Positions 34,827-43,825 of a DNA stretch of 64,000 nt are shown here, piece by piece. Numbering within the stretch: position 1 is the first letter of the stretch; each line of letters starts with the position of its first letter. A program made the position numbers and the translations under genes. Source of the DNA: Syntrophales bacterium. GTDB lineage: Bacteria > Desulfobacterota > Syntrophia > Syntrophales > UBA4778. The notes beneath the pieces are model-generated. The model saw nothing but the letters and a program-made list of their open reading frames with translations, was not told the DNA's origin and did not search any database. Location: positions 14,273 through 78,272 of the forward strand of contig JAQTPK010000006.1 in the NCBI GenBank assembly GCA_028712885.1, read 5' to 3'.

Positions 34827-36124
34827 CTCGGTCTGGTCGGTTTGCTGCCTTTGCTGCCGGAATCAAGTTCAGGAAATATTATCTCGTCTCCGACATAGAT
34901 CCTATGTATGTTCTTTATGGACGGGTTCTCTTTCTTGACGTTTTCCATGAGCCTGAAGTCGGTAAAGCCGTAGATTTTCCGGGTCAATGTCGACAGGTTG
35001 TCGCCTTTCTTCACGAGCCGGTTGACGGGATATTTCCCCGGTTTGACGTGCGTGGCCGCAGTCCCTGCGCCGGGGGCGGCGGCTCCCGAGGAGACGGAAG
35101 CGACGGGGGAGACGGCGGCGCCGGGGGGCGCGGTCGACTCTTCTTTTTCCTCTGCGCTTACCGGAGCCTGATGATGAGTTGCTTCAACCTGCGCCGTCTT
35201 GTTTTCTTCTCCGCGATTTCCGATTAAATGCAGATCGCCGGCGGCGAACCATAAGATCGGCACGGCGGCGGCAAGAGCCCCCGCGGCATAGCCCCATCTG
35301 AATGATGCTTCTCTCTTTTTTCCTTTCAGGTCGGAAATGACCTCGCTTGCTGTTTTCGCCGAGACGGTCTTCTTCTGCCGCCCGAATGCCGTAATGAGAG
35401 CGTTATCGCAGATGATGTTGATTTTCCTTGGAACTCCCTCCGCCTCTTTGATTATTTTTCGAACAGCCCATCCGGAAAATATTGCTGCCGATTCCGCGCC
35501 GGCCTTTTGCAGCCGGTGCCGGATATACGCGGCGCTTTCCGCCGTCGTCAGGGGAAGGATGACGGAGCGGATTGCAATCCTTTGATTGATCTGCCTCAGC
35601 GCGTGCTTGGAGAGCATTTCCTCGAACTCAGGCTGCCCGATCAGGACAATCTGGATAAGCTTTTCCTTGGCCGTTTCCAGATTGGACAGAAGCCTTAAAT
35701 TCTCCAGGGTAAGAACGGGTATGTTCTGCGCTTCATCTATGACCAGGACGATGTTGCGGTTTTTCTCGTACTGCCCGATCAGGACCTGGTGCAGCCTGCC
35801 CACCATCTCGAATACATCGTTTGTCTTCACGTCTGCATCGAGCTCCTGCAGAACGGTGTGGAGGAGGCTCCGGAAAGACAGGTTGGGGTTGAAGATATAG
35901 ACGGCGTGCGTGCTCCGGCGGTCAACCGTTTCCAGGTAAGAGCGCAGGACGGTGGTCTTCCCGACTCCTACGGCGCCCGTGACGGCCACAAAGCCTTTTT
36001 TTTTCTCTATCCCGTAAATAATGGAAGCGAGCGCCTCCTTGTGGCTGGGACTGAGAAAAAGAAATTCCGGATCGGGGGTGATATGGAAGGGCTCTTTTTT
36101 AAGCTGAAAGTATTCCAGGTACAT
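34823..36124 (-). CDS. ExeA/GspA-like AAA ATPase with TM segment and C-terminal LysM domain (secretion ATPase type of PEP-CTERM EPS loci)
   Basis: 'YLEYFQLKKEPFHITPDPEFLFLSPSHKEAL..GFVAVTGAVGVGKTTVLRSYL' and 'VLVIDEAQN'. TM helix 'GYAAGALAAAVPILWFAA'. LysM-like 'VKKGDNLSTLTRKIYG..IHRIYVGDEIIFP'. Confidence 0.75.
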   Translation of the reverse strand: MYLEYFQLKKEPFHITPDPEFLFLSPSHKEALASIIYGIEKKKGFVAVTGAVGVGKTTVLRSYLETVDRRSTHAVYIFNPNLSFRSLLHTVLQELDADVKTNDVFEMVGRLHQVLIGQYEKNRNIVLVIDEAQNIPVLTLENLRLLSNLETAKEKLIQIVLIGQPEFEEMLSKHALRQINQRIAIRSVILPLTTAESAAYIRHRLQKAGAESAAIFSGWAVRKIIKEAEGVPRKINIICDNALITAFGRQKKTVSAKTASEVISDLKGKKREASFRWGYAAGALAAAVPILWFAAGDLHLIGNRGEENKTAQVEATHHQAPVSAEEKEESTAPPGAAVSPVASVSSGAAAPGAGTAATHVKPGKYPVNRLVKKGDNLSTLTRKIYGFTDFRLMENVKKENPSIKNIHRIYVGDEIIFPELDSGSKGSKPTRPR

Positions 36125-36133
36125 GGCTCCGCA

Positions 36134-37513
36134 TCACTTTTTATAGGGAATCGCCGCCAGGACAGGAATGCCGAGTCTCTTGCCCGCCGAGTCGGGGGTG
36201 GAAAGGGACTGATCCGAGTATTCCGACAGGAACGCAAGCCCGAAGGCCGCCAGCAGCCCGAACAGCAGCCCCAGTCCCAGGTTATATTCCAGCTTGGGCC
36301 TGACCGGAGATGTCGGCGCCACGGCGGCCTGGACGACGCTGATGTTTGCCATCTTCTGGCTGTCCAGATCTTCGGATATCCGTGCTTCTTCGAGCTTCTT
36401 GAGATACGTCTGGTAATTTCCCTCCTGAATCGCCACTTCCCTTTTCAAGGCCAGGAACTCGCGGTCCCGCGAGTCGAGCAGCAGCAATTCCTCTTCGATC
36501 CGTTCTATCTGCCGCGCCAGGCCGCCGATGCGGGCCTTGCTTGCGCTCAGTTCCATCTCGATCTTTCCGGATTCCTGCCTTCCGATCTCTCCTTTCTGCT
36601 TTTTCAGAAAGGCGGAGACGGTCTTTATCTCGTCGCGAAGGTTCTGCACCACCTGGCTATTGTCCTTGTACTTTCTCAAGAGATCCTGTTCCTTCAGCTG
36701 CAGCGCCAGCAGCTGGGTCTTTATCGTTTCGATCGCCACCTGCCTTTCCGGCTCGAGGCTTCCGCGTGACCTGATCGAGGCAATCCTCTGTTCTCCCTCC
36801 CGGACCTCGTTCTGGGAATGCTTATATGCCGTATCCAGATCGGTCTTTTGCCTGAGCAGAAGGGCTTTCTGCTCCTCCAGCGCTATCACCCCATGCGTTT
36901 TTTTGAACTCCTCCAGATTTTTTTCCGCGTCCCCCAGCCTGTTCGCATAAAGGGCCACCTGATGCTGAAGATACTTCGAGGTAGGACCACTGAAGACCTG
37001 AAGGTGCTTTTCCTTGAATTGTTCCACGAGGAGATTGACCGCCTTGGCCGCAGTCTGGGGATCCCTGTGCCGAAACGCTATCTGGATGACGTCCGACCTC
37101 TGCTTGTTTTCCACCTTGATGTCTTTTTCGAACTGAAGAATGGCTGCTTCGAGAGGAGAAATTCCCGGAGTCAAGACCTGAAGCAGTCCGCCGTACATGT
37201 TGTCCGGACCGATGGACATGATGACATTCTGCAGCAGGTCCCGGCTGGTAAGAATCTGCATTTCCGTGTTGATGATGCCGTCCTGGCTCAGGATGATGGA
37301 AGGTCGGATTTCCCCCACTTCCGGGCGGTACATATGCTCTCTTCCGAATTTGATCATGACGCTTGATTTGGCTTCGTAAACAGGGGGGATCAGAAAGGTA
37401 GCGGCGGCCGCCGCAGCGATGATCACGGTAAAAGCCGCCAGTGCGCGTTTCTTGTACTTGAATATCACTCTTGCGAAATCTCTCATGTTGCCCGAAGGAT
37501 GTTTCTGTTTCAT
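36134..37513 (-). CDS. Polysaccharide co-polymerase / chain-length determinant (Wzz/GumC-like)
   Basis: Start at ATG 37513 (MKQKHPSGNMRDFARVIFKYKKR). N- and C-terminal TM helices flank a long coiled-coil periplasmic region. 'YEAKSSVMIKFG' is Wzz-like. Confidence 0.8.
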   Translation of the reverse strand: MKQKHPSGNMRDFARVIFKYKKRALAAFTVIIAAAAAATFLIPPVYEAKSSVMIKFGREHMYRPEVGEIRPSIILSQDGIINTEMQILTSRDLLQNVIMSIGPDNMYGGLLQVLTPGISPLEAAILQFEKDIKVENKQRSDVIQIAFRHRDPQTAAKAVNLLVEQFKEKHLQVFSGPTSKYLQHQVALYANRLGDAEKNLEEFKKTHGVIALEEQKALLLRQKTDLDTAYKHSQNEVREGEQRIASIRSRGSLEPERQVAIETIKTQLLALQLKEQDLLRKYKDNSQVVQNLRDEIKTVSAFLKKQKGEIGRQESGKIEMELSASKARIGGLARQIERIEEELLLLDSRDREFLALKREVAIQEGNYQTYLKKLEEARISEDLDSQKMANISVVQAAVAPTSPVRPKLEYNLGLGLLFGLLAAFGLAFLSEYSDQSLSTPDSAGKRLGIPVLAAIPYKK

Positions 37514-37526
37514 GTAATCACCTCTC

Positions 37527-38216
37527 TCAGTCCACCGTGTAGGCGAAGCCGAACGGCACCGGGATATTCCTGCGGATATACTGGTCAACCCAGACGTTGA
37601 CCTCCGATATCGGCGATCTCGGCACGTATACGATATCGAACGGCATCAGCAGAACGTCCTGCGACAGATCCGATCCGCTGAAAACTCTCTCGAGGTCCAC
37701 GGTAAAAATGAGCGGTTTCCTCTTCTCTCCCTTGCGGATAATGATCACTTCCTGAGTTCTGGCGCTCTCCATCAGCCCGCCCGCTTCCGCAACCGACTGC
37801 AGGACCGTCAGGGGTCCTGAGAGGCTGACGACCCCAGGACGGTGGACTTCGCCTCCGACATGAACGCGATGGGTTCCGAACGTGCGGACGATGACGGTAA
37901 TCCGCGGCTCTCTCAGTTCTTTTCCGTACTGCTGCTCCAGAACGCGGGAAAGCTCGGACGGAGTCGATTCCGAGGCCGTTATTTCAGGGGCAAGCTGGAG
38001 CGAGATCCGGCCGTCCGGACGCACTATGACCTGCTCATTGAGTTCCGGACTGTTGTAGAACTTTATATCGAGCGTATCGCCCGGCTGGATGCGGTATTCG
38101 GTCTGGGGAAAGGCGGGAGACCGGATATCCGAGACGTTTACCGGTGAAGGGTATTTAACGACGGGAGCGCACGAAACCAGGGCGAGAAGCGTCAGGATGA
38201 CTGCTGCTGTCTTCAT
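37527..38216 (-). CDS. Outer-membrane polysaccharide export protein (Wza/OPX family, short form), lipoprotein
   Basis: Lipobox 'LALVSCAP'. 'YRIQPGDTLDIKFYNSPELN..VRPDGRISLQL' is the Poly_export motif, followed by a SLBB-like 'HVGGEVHRPGVVSL'. 'gaggag' RBS. Confidence 0.85.
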   Translation of the reverse strand: MKTAAVILTLLALVSCAPVVKYPSPVNVSDIRSPAFPQTEYRIQPGDTLDIKFYNSPELNEQVIVRPDGRISLQLAPEITASESTPSELSRVLEQQYGKELREPRITVIVRTFGTHRVHVGGEVHRPGVVSLSGPLTVLQSVAEAGGLMESARTQEVIIIRKGEKRKPLIFTVDLERVFSGSDLSQDVLLMPFDIVYVPRSPISEVNVWVDQYIRRNIPVPFGFAYTVD

Positions 38217-38448
38217 TTGATCATCTCCTCACATAATTTGATGGGATGCGCCTTGGCGCCGGCGGAACAGGCCTGCGGCAACGGCCGCAGCCCTGACTGT
38301 CGGAAGGAGTCCTATTCTGGTCAGTCTTTTGCAACGGGCGCTGAAGAGGAACTTGCATCATTTATTAATACGTACAATCGCTGGAGCCTATCGTATGTAC
38401 CCTGATTTTAATATTCTAAATACCTGAATCCGGTTAATCCGAAAGATC

Positions 38449-38490
38449 GATCAAAGATTATCCGGAGCAAGCTCCGGATAATCTTTGATC
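38449..38490. promoter_or_regulatory. 42-bp perfect palindrome between the two large operons (terminator hairpin and/or operator)
   Basis: 'gatcaaagattatccggagc aa gctccggataatctttgatc': 20-nt perfect arms. About 100 nt downstream of the 38589 stop and about 235 nt upstream of the 38216 start. Confidence 0.7.
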
Positions 38491-38588
38491 CTTAGGTGTA
38501 CTATTCAACCCGTTGTTACGGAAACAGTAACTCGGATGATCCCTGATTTGAGGTCTCTTTTTCCCCGAAGGGGGAATGGAAATATTCG

Positions 38589-40361
38589 TCACCGGCAGGA
38601 GTAAAGCGACAGGAGCCTTTTGAGCACCGTCGAATAATACCGGGCCTGATCCCGGAACTTCCTGCCGTCGCCGGAATCTCCCAGTAAATCGGCGCAGAGG
38701 CATGCGTACCCCAGGCGGAAGGAAAGATAGGCCATTGTATAAAAGGGCAGTTTCGCGGTTATCGACTTGTCTCCCGAGATCTTTGTGTAGCGGCTGATCA
38801 GAAAATCCCTCTGCCGCCGGTCCAGGCCGAATTCGATGCACGCCCCTGCGATATCCCACGCGATGTCCTGGGAGCGGGGGAAAAACTGATCGAGGTGGTG
38901 ATCGAGCCCGTCCGTTTTCATGAAACCGGTCGCCGTGCGCAGCCATTCGTGGGGAAGCATTCTTCCGTCGACGGCAACGGCCTGTCCCGCCTCGAATGTC
39001 CTGTACAAACCTTCGATGCTTTCGAATTTCGAAAGCCACTCAGCTCCCATCGCTTCCTCAATATTGGTTCTCATCATCTCCATCATTTCTTCGGCGGAGG
39101 AGCTTTCCGCCGCCGGGAAATCCGATTTCAGACGGGCGAGATAGGCCGCCATGGTCCCCAACAGGTCCGTGGTGATGATGTCCCTCCGGGAGACCGGACG
39201 TCCGGAAACGAACGGCATGATCAGAAACCCGCTTTTCAGCCCGAGCGCGGGAGGAGCGAATCCCGAAGACGCAAGCGAATCCAGGCGCGCGAGCTTGGAC
39301 CTGCCGTATTTCCCGAGCCCGGCAAATTTCATCAAATACAAGCCGTCCGCCCGCTCTCCCCTCCCGGACCGGAAAAATCTTTTTTCCGAGCAGACGTACT
39401 TTCTCTGTTCATGCTGGGGATGAACGGCGGGATAGTCTTCGGCATTGCTGAAGAATACCCCTCGCCAGTTGCCTGCGGATACGTCTTTGGCGATCGGCGC
39501 CGGGAGGCACGCGTCCAGTCTGCCGGTCCTGATCCAGACGTCTTCGAACGACGCGGCGTATTTCCCGTGCCTGCTCCAGCGCGCCCGGGCCTGCTTATTC
39601 AGAAAATCCGCCCCGTCTGTGTCCCAGCACGGGAAGTAGACGATGCGGTCGTCGGGGATACCCATCTCCGAAATTTTCTGTGCGGCCGATCCAAGTGAAG
39701 AACCGCTCAACCCCGGCCCCTCGTCAATGAGAAGATAGGCCGCCGCGGCCGGCTCCATGAGCGCACGCTGCAGCTCCGGAGACACGAACATTTCTCTCTT
39801 GAACGGATGGCCCCGCGGCCGCAGCGTATAACTGCGGCAGTTGCAGCCCAGTTCTTTCAGCGCAGCGGCGACCACGGCGGACAGGCTGGTCCCGATGCTG
39901 CGGATCCCGATGCAGACGGCCGTTTCGGGCCGCATCTCCGCATGAAAACGGCGGGCGGACTCGAGATAAGTTTCGGGGAATATACCGTAATGCGCGTATC
40001 CTTCCGCAACCCGGGCGCATACGACGGAGGGCAGGCGAAGATTCATAATCCCGCCCAGGATGTCTTTCAACTGATCCAGAACTCCGGCCGTCCCCTCCCC
40101 TCCCCGGGTCCAGGACCTGTGAAATATCTCTCCCGCGCAGAGGGTGGCGGAACGCAGCGCCTGGATTACCGGGTTCAGTGTATCCCTGGCCGGGCTCAGC
40201 GCGTCCGCGAGAGCCGCTTCGAACTCCCCGACCTCGATCAGCAGCTCCACGGCAAGGTCGTGCCCGGTCCGGCCGGCCGGGAACGTCCGGATCAGCTCCA
40301 GCAGCCGCGACCCGATCTCCTGCGGTTCCGAAAACTTTTCCTGTTTTCTGAAAATTATCAT
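38589..40361 (-). CDS. Uncharacterised 590-aa protein: PRTase-like middle region + aminoglycoside/choline-kinase-like C-terminal region
   Basis: Start at ATG 40361 (ATGA overlap). 'AVCIGIRSIGTSLSAVVAAALKELG..AAYLLIDEGPGLSGSSL' resembles a type-I PRTase core. 'LMKFAGLGKYG..GFLIMPFVSGRP' and 'KTDGLDHH..SQDIAWDIAGA' resemble protein-kinase-like-fold lobes. Confidence 0.4.
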   Translation of the reverse strand: MIIFRKQEKFSEPQEIGSRLLELIRTFPAGRTGHDLAVELLIEVGEFEAALADALSPARDTLNPVIQALRSATLCAGEIFHRSWTRGGEGTAGVLDQLKDILGGIMNLRLPSVVCARVAEGYAHYGIFPETYLESARRFHAEMRPETAVCIGIRSIGTSLSAVVAAALKELGCNCRSYTLRPRGHPFKREMFVSPELQRALMEPAAAAYLLIDEGPGLSGSSLGSAAQKISEMGIPDDRIVYFPCWDTDGADFLNKQARARWSRHGKYAASFEDVWIRTGRLDACLPAPIAKDVSAGNWRGVFFSNAEDYPAVHPQHEQRKYVCSEKRFFRSGRGERADGLYLMKFAGLGKYGRSKLARLDSLASSGFAPPALGLKSGFLIMPFVSGRPVSRRDIITTDLLGTMAAYLARLKSDFPAAESSSAEEMMEMMRTNIEEAMGAEWLSKFESIEGLYRTFEAGQAVAVDGRMLPHEWLRTATGFMKTDGLDHHLDQFFPRSQDIAWDIAGACIEFGLDRRQRDFLISRYTKISGDKSITAKLPFYTMAYLSFRLGYACLCADLLGDSGDGRKFRDQARYYSTVLKRLLSLYSCR

Positions 40362-41128
40362 GTCCTCTCCGCCAGGAGTTTCCCACCGTAAACCGAGCGC
40401 ACGAAAATCCGGCCTTTTCCAAGATCTTCGCCCATGCCGAATTCGCGGTCGGCCTTGTGCAGCGATACGCTGTGGAATCCATTCTTTTTCAGCGCTTTCA
40501 TTACCTCGTCCGGAGCATGGCACTTCTGGGATATTCTTACGTCGCTGCGATCCCACCCGGCGCCCCCCCGATGAAAAAGGGTTATATCCGTCCACGCCGT
40601 CTTCTCCCCCGGCGAGTACCCGCCGCGGACAATGCAGGCATCGTCATCTTCCACAATCGCGCATTCTTTCCCCCAGGACGTAAGGTACGCCTCCTCCGTG
40701 TTCAGATCGAACACGAAAACGGCGCCGGGAACGAGGGCAGCCCCCAGGCATTTCAGGACCAGGGTGAAACCGTCCATATCCGGAATGTGATTCAGACTCT
40801 CGAAAGCCGAAAAGGCGCCGTCGCAGCGGCGCGGCACGCTGAAGTTCCTCGCGTCCGCCTGAATGAACCGGGCTCCCGGAACCCTCCGGCGCGCGTAATT
40901 CAGCATATCTCCGGAAATGTCGACTCCGATAATGCCGAAACCCTTTTCCGCGACCGCGTATGCCAGATGCCCGGCGCCGCAGCAAAGATCGAGTACGGCG
41001 CTCCCCGGAAAGAGACCGGGGAAAAGGAGTTTTTCCAGCGCCCTCAGCGCCGGTCCGTGGAAAGCCCCGCCCCAGTATCGGTCATAAAACCGGGAGAATT
41101 TGTCGTAGGTTTCTTCTGCGCGGCTCAA
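40358..41128 (-). CDS. Class I SAM-dependent methyltransferase
   Basis: Motif I 'VLDLCCGAGHLAYAVAEKGFGIIGVDIS'. Post-I 'FIQADARNF'. TTG start. ATGA-type coupling on both sides. Confidence 0.85.
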   Translation of the reverse strand: MSRAEETYDKFSRFYDRYWGGAFHGPALRALEKLLFPGLFPGSAVLDLCCGAGHLAYAVAEKGFGIIGVDISGDMLNYARRRVPGARFIQADARNFSVPRRCDGAFSAFESLNHIPDMDGFTLVLKCLGAALVPGAVFVFDLNTEEAYLTSWGKECAIVEDDDACIVRGGYSPGEKTAWTDITLFHRGGAGWDRSDVRISQKCHAPDEVMKALKKNGFHSVSLHKADREFGMGEDLGKGRIFVRSVYGGKLLAERT

Positions 41129-41739
41129 TGCTCAAACCCCCAGTCGATTCGCCCGGTAGTGTTTATTCCGAGAATGCGCGGTCCGCCGTCTCCCAGCCGG
41201 ATCCCGCTGGCGGAGGCGGGCGCGATTTCGATCCTTTCGATAAAGTCGAGCGGAATTCCCGCGTAATACAGAATGGCGCTTTTGATCACGTCTCCGTGGC
41301 TCACAATTGCGAGAATCCGTCCGGGAAATTCCGCACGGATCCGGTCAAGCTCCGTTATGATCCGGTGCTGAACCCCGATCATCATCTCCCCCCCGGGAAT
41401 TCGCGTCGTGCTGCGGTGATCGTTGAATCCCCGCCATGCCGGGTTCCCGCTAAGGGAAGAGATGCCGCAGCCGGTCCAGTCGCCGAAATCGATTTCGTCC
41501 AGTTCCCTGGAGATCGTTATCCGCGCCCCCGTCCTTTCGGCAATGGATCGCGCGGTTTCGCACGCCCTTTCCAGCGGGCTGCAGAAAATGCCCCCGATCG
41601 GCAGATGGGCAAGGCGCTCCGCGAGCTCCCTTGCCTGCTCCCGCCCTGTCCGGTTCAGGGATACGCCCGTGCTCCGCCCCGCGATGGAAACGCCGACCTC
41701 GTCGCACATGGCGTGCCTTATGAGAATGAATATGGTCAT
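41125..41739 (-). CDS. Histidine phosphatase (phosphoglycerate-mutase-like) family protein
   Basis: Start at ATG 41739 (MTIFILIRHAMCD..). 'RHA' for RHG, 'GREQA', 'SPLERACETA', 'IVSHGDVI'. Confidence 0.8.
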   Translation of the reverse strand: MTIFILIRHAMCDEVGVSIAGRSTGVSLNRTGREQARELAERLAHLPIGGIFCSPLERACETARSIAERTGARITISRELDEIDFGDWTGCGISSLSGNPAWRGFNDHRSTTRIPGGEMMIGVQHRIITELDRIRAEFPGRILAIVSHGDVIKSAILYYAGIPLDFIERIEIAPASASGIRLGDGGPRILGINTTGRIDWGFEH

Positions 41740-42740
41740 GTCCCCGTCTTCCCGGGCTTCAGGAACACACGATAATTCCGTCGGGGCTCCGGGTTCCACT
41801 TCATCTTGTACTCCTCGTCTCCGCGCAGAAAATCGAATTCCCTCACACCTTCGCCGATCGCCTCTTCAATGGCATGCTCCAGCAGCACCATTCCCGGACT
41901 GCAGCGGCCCATTTCGGGATCAAAACCGCTCAAATAGCAGTAAACCCGCCCTCCCCGCTGAAATGAGTACAGGGCGGCTGCGGGCCGGTTCCCCAGGTTC
42001 ATTCTGTACAGACGCAAAAGGCCCCTCTTCAGCATTCTTGAGCAGACTTCGCCGTGAAAGGATCTCATCACTTCTCCCTGAAGCACTCCCGGCTGGCGGA
42101 TCTCCGCCCAGCGGCGGCCGTGCAGCGAAAAGAGCGCATCCAGAAATGAATCGAGAGTATCCGCATCGGGCGTTTCTATCTCCGCGGGGCCGGATTCCCG
42201 GAGCAGGCGTTTCGCCCGGCGGAGATTGTTGCGGTGTTTATTCGCCAGCACCCGGAGATACAGCTCCATGCTTTCCGGAAGCGCGACGACAAACCGGAGA
42301 TTGTGGGGCTCAATCTTCATTCTGCACGCCGCGGTCAAGTCCGCCCGCAGCAGCGGGGAGTCGGCGGAGACTTCCTGGAGATCGCATCCGTCGAGAGGTC
42401 CGAGCCCGCGCGCGATGCTCTCGCACAGGCAGGCCGCCGCCTGCAGGCTCGAATCCGGACGAATGAGAAAATCCAGACAGTCGGATACCCCGGTCCCGAT
42501 GAAAAATGCTTCGCTGCGCCCGTTTTTTTCGCTGATGTAAAGAGGCGCTATCCCTGCCGGTCCGGAATCATCCCGGACCAGGTGCGCCCAGACCTTTCCG
42601 GCGCCGAAATTCTTCCACCAGGGAATAAGCCAGTCGGGCGACTGAAACGGGCTCGCGCCGGGACACCTGGTCCACAATTCAAGCCATTCGGCCTCGAACC
42701 GTTCCAGGTCCTCTGACGATGAGAGAATACGCGCGTCCAT
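41736..42740 (-). CDS. GNAT-fold acyltransferase, CelD/BioF2-like (Acetyltransf_6)
   Basis: Start at ATG 42740 (MDARILSSSEDLERFEAEWLELW..SPFQSPDWLIPWW). C-terminal 'REFDFLRGDEEYKMKW'. The upstream half of the 698-aa track ORF is an Arg-rich overprint of the GT4 gene and is rejected. Confidence 0.75.
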   Translation of the reverse strand: MDARILSSSEDLERFEAEWLELWTRCPGASPFQSPDWLIPWWKNFGAGKVWAHLVRDDSGPAGIAPLYISEKNGRSEAFFIGTGVSDCLDFLIRPDSSLQAAACLCESIARGLGPLDGCDLQEVSADSPLLRADLTAACRMKIEPHNLRFVVALPESMELYLRVLANKHRNNLRRAKRLLRESGPAEIETPDADTLDSFLDALFSLHGRRWAEIRQPGVLQGEVMRSFHGEVCSRMLKRGLLRLYRMNLGNRPAAALYSFQRGGRVYCYLSGFDPEMGRCSPGMVLLEHAIEEAIGEGVREFDFLRGDEEYKMKWNPEPRRNYRVFLKPGKTGT

Positions 42741-43825
42741 TACCGTTCGCTCACGCCTTTCAGCCGTTCCGTCTCGAGCTCTCTCTCTGCGATACGGCGG
42801 TAGAGGGCAAAGTATTCTCCGGTCATCCGCTCCGAGGAAAACCTTCGCCGGGCTGTTTCCCTGCACAAATCCGAGTCCAGACTTCCGGCCGCCCGGATGG
42901 CTTCGGCCATTTCTTTTGTGTCCGCGACCAGAAACCCCGTCCTGCCCTCGTCGACTATTTCCGGCAGCGCTCCCGAAGGGAAGGCGACGACCGGGGTTCC
43001 GCTGGCAATGGCTTCCATCGCCGACAGCGAGCTCGTCTCCGGGGCGAGGCTGGGCGCCAGCAGGCATCCCGCTTCCCCGAGCAACCGGATTTTTCCCGCC
43101 CCGCCCACCGCACCGAGAAAGCGGCATCTTTTCCCATCCAGCCCCGGCCGCACAACATCCCGGAAATACGCGAGATGCTCGGGATAGGGAAAAACTGTTC
43201 CGGCGATCGCCAGCGGTATCCCGGCCGCCCGTGCGGCTGCCATCCCAAGGTGCACGCCTTTTTCCGGGCAGATCCTGCCCAGCATCAGGGCGAAATTCCT
43301 TTTCGCAAACTTTTTCATGTACTTCCCGACCGGAACGCCGTTCTTTATGACCCCTAAGTTCCCGGCGGGACAAGGACAGGAACGCCGCTGAGAATCCGAA
43401 ACGCAGACGAGGTAAGTGCCGCGCCTCTTCGGCGCCAGCGCATCCGGCCCGTACCACGCAGGCGGGAGATGAAGAGTGGCCAGCACGGGAACCCCCTCGG
43501 GTGGAAGATAACGGTCGAAGTCGATCCCATGCATATGGACGAGGTCGATCCGCCACTTTCCGAGCGCCTCGTTTATGGCGCGGTAAGCCGCGGCTTGCGA
43601 TTCCCTGCGGGCCCGCTCGTCGAAAATCGATGCGGGCGGGGAAATCCGGACCAGGGTCCCCGCAGTACTTGAGCCTTCCGGCGCGATGACGATCGACATC
43701 CCTCCCGCGTCCGCCAGGGCGGAATCGAGCATGGACAAAACCTGCTCCGCCCCCCCGGCCGTATCGGAACGGACCGGAGCGAGGGGATAGGCGACGCTCA
43801 ACACGGTTATCATGCCACGCCTCAC
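42740..43825 (-). CDS. Glycosyltransferase family 4 (GT-B)
   Basis: 'ITVLSVAYPLAPVRSDTAGGAEQVLSML' and C-terminal 'APSLAPETSSLSAMEAIASGTPVVAFPSGALPEIV' (EX7E-type region). Confidence 0.85.
   Translation of the reverse strand: MRRGMITVLSVAYPLAPVRSDTAGGAEQVLSMLDSALADAGGMSIVIAPEGSSTAGTLVRISPPASIFDERARRESQAAAYRAINEALGKWRIDLVHMHGIDFDRYLPPEGVPVLATLHLPPAWYGPDALAPKRRGTYLVCVSDSQRRSCPCPAGNLGVIKNGVPVGKYMKKFAKRNFALMLGRICPEKGVHLGMAAARAAGIPLAIAGTVFPYPEHLAYFRDVVRPGLDGKRCRFLGAVGGAGKIRLLGEAGCLLAPSLAPETSSLSAMEAIASGTPVVAFPSGALPEIVDEGRTGFLVADTKEMAEAIRAAGSLDSDLCRETARRRFSSERMTGEYFALYRRIAERELETERLKGVSER

Noticed and set aside
11706-38216. Complete PEP-CTERM/exosortase system
   Set aside because: The export module and the FemAB-like gene are of the type associated with such loci. 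However, no exosortase-like polytopic protein was found, and none of the secreted proteins ends in a PEP-TM-Arg sorting signal.
38217-38448. Sigma-54 promoter upstream of the OPX/PCP export operon
   Set aside because: I scanned both orientations for GG-N10-GC with flanking TGGCAC/TTGC context. Only an AT-rich stretch compatible with a sigma-70-type promoter was seen, and it is too weak to annotate.
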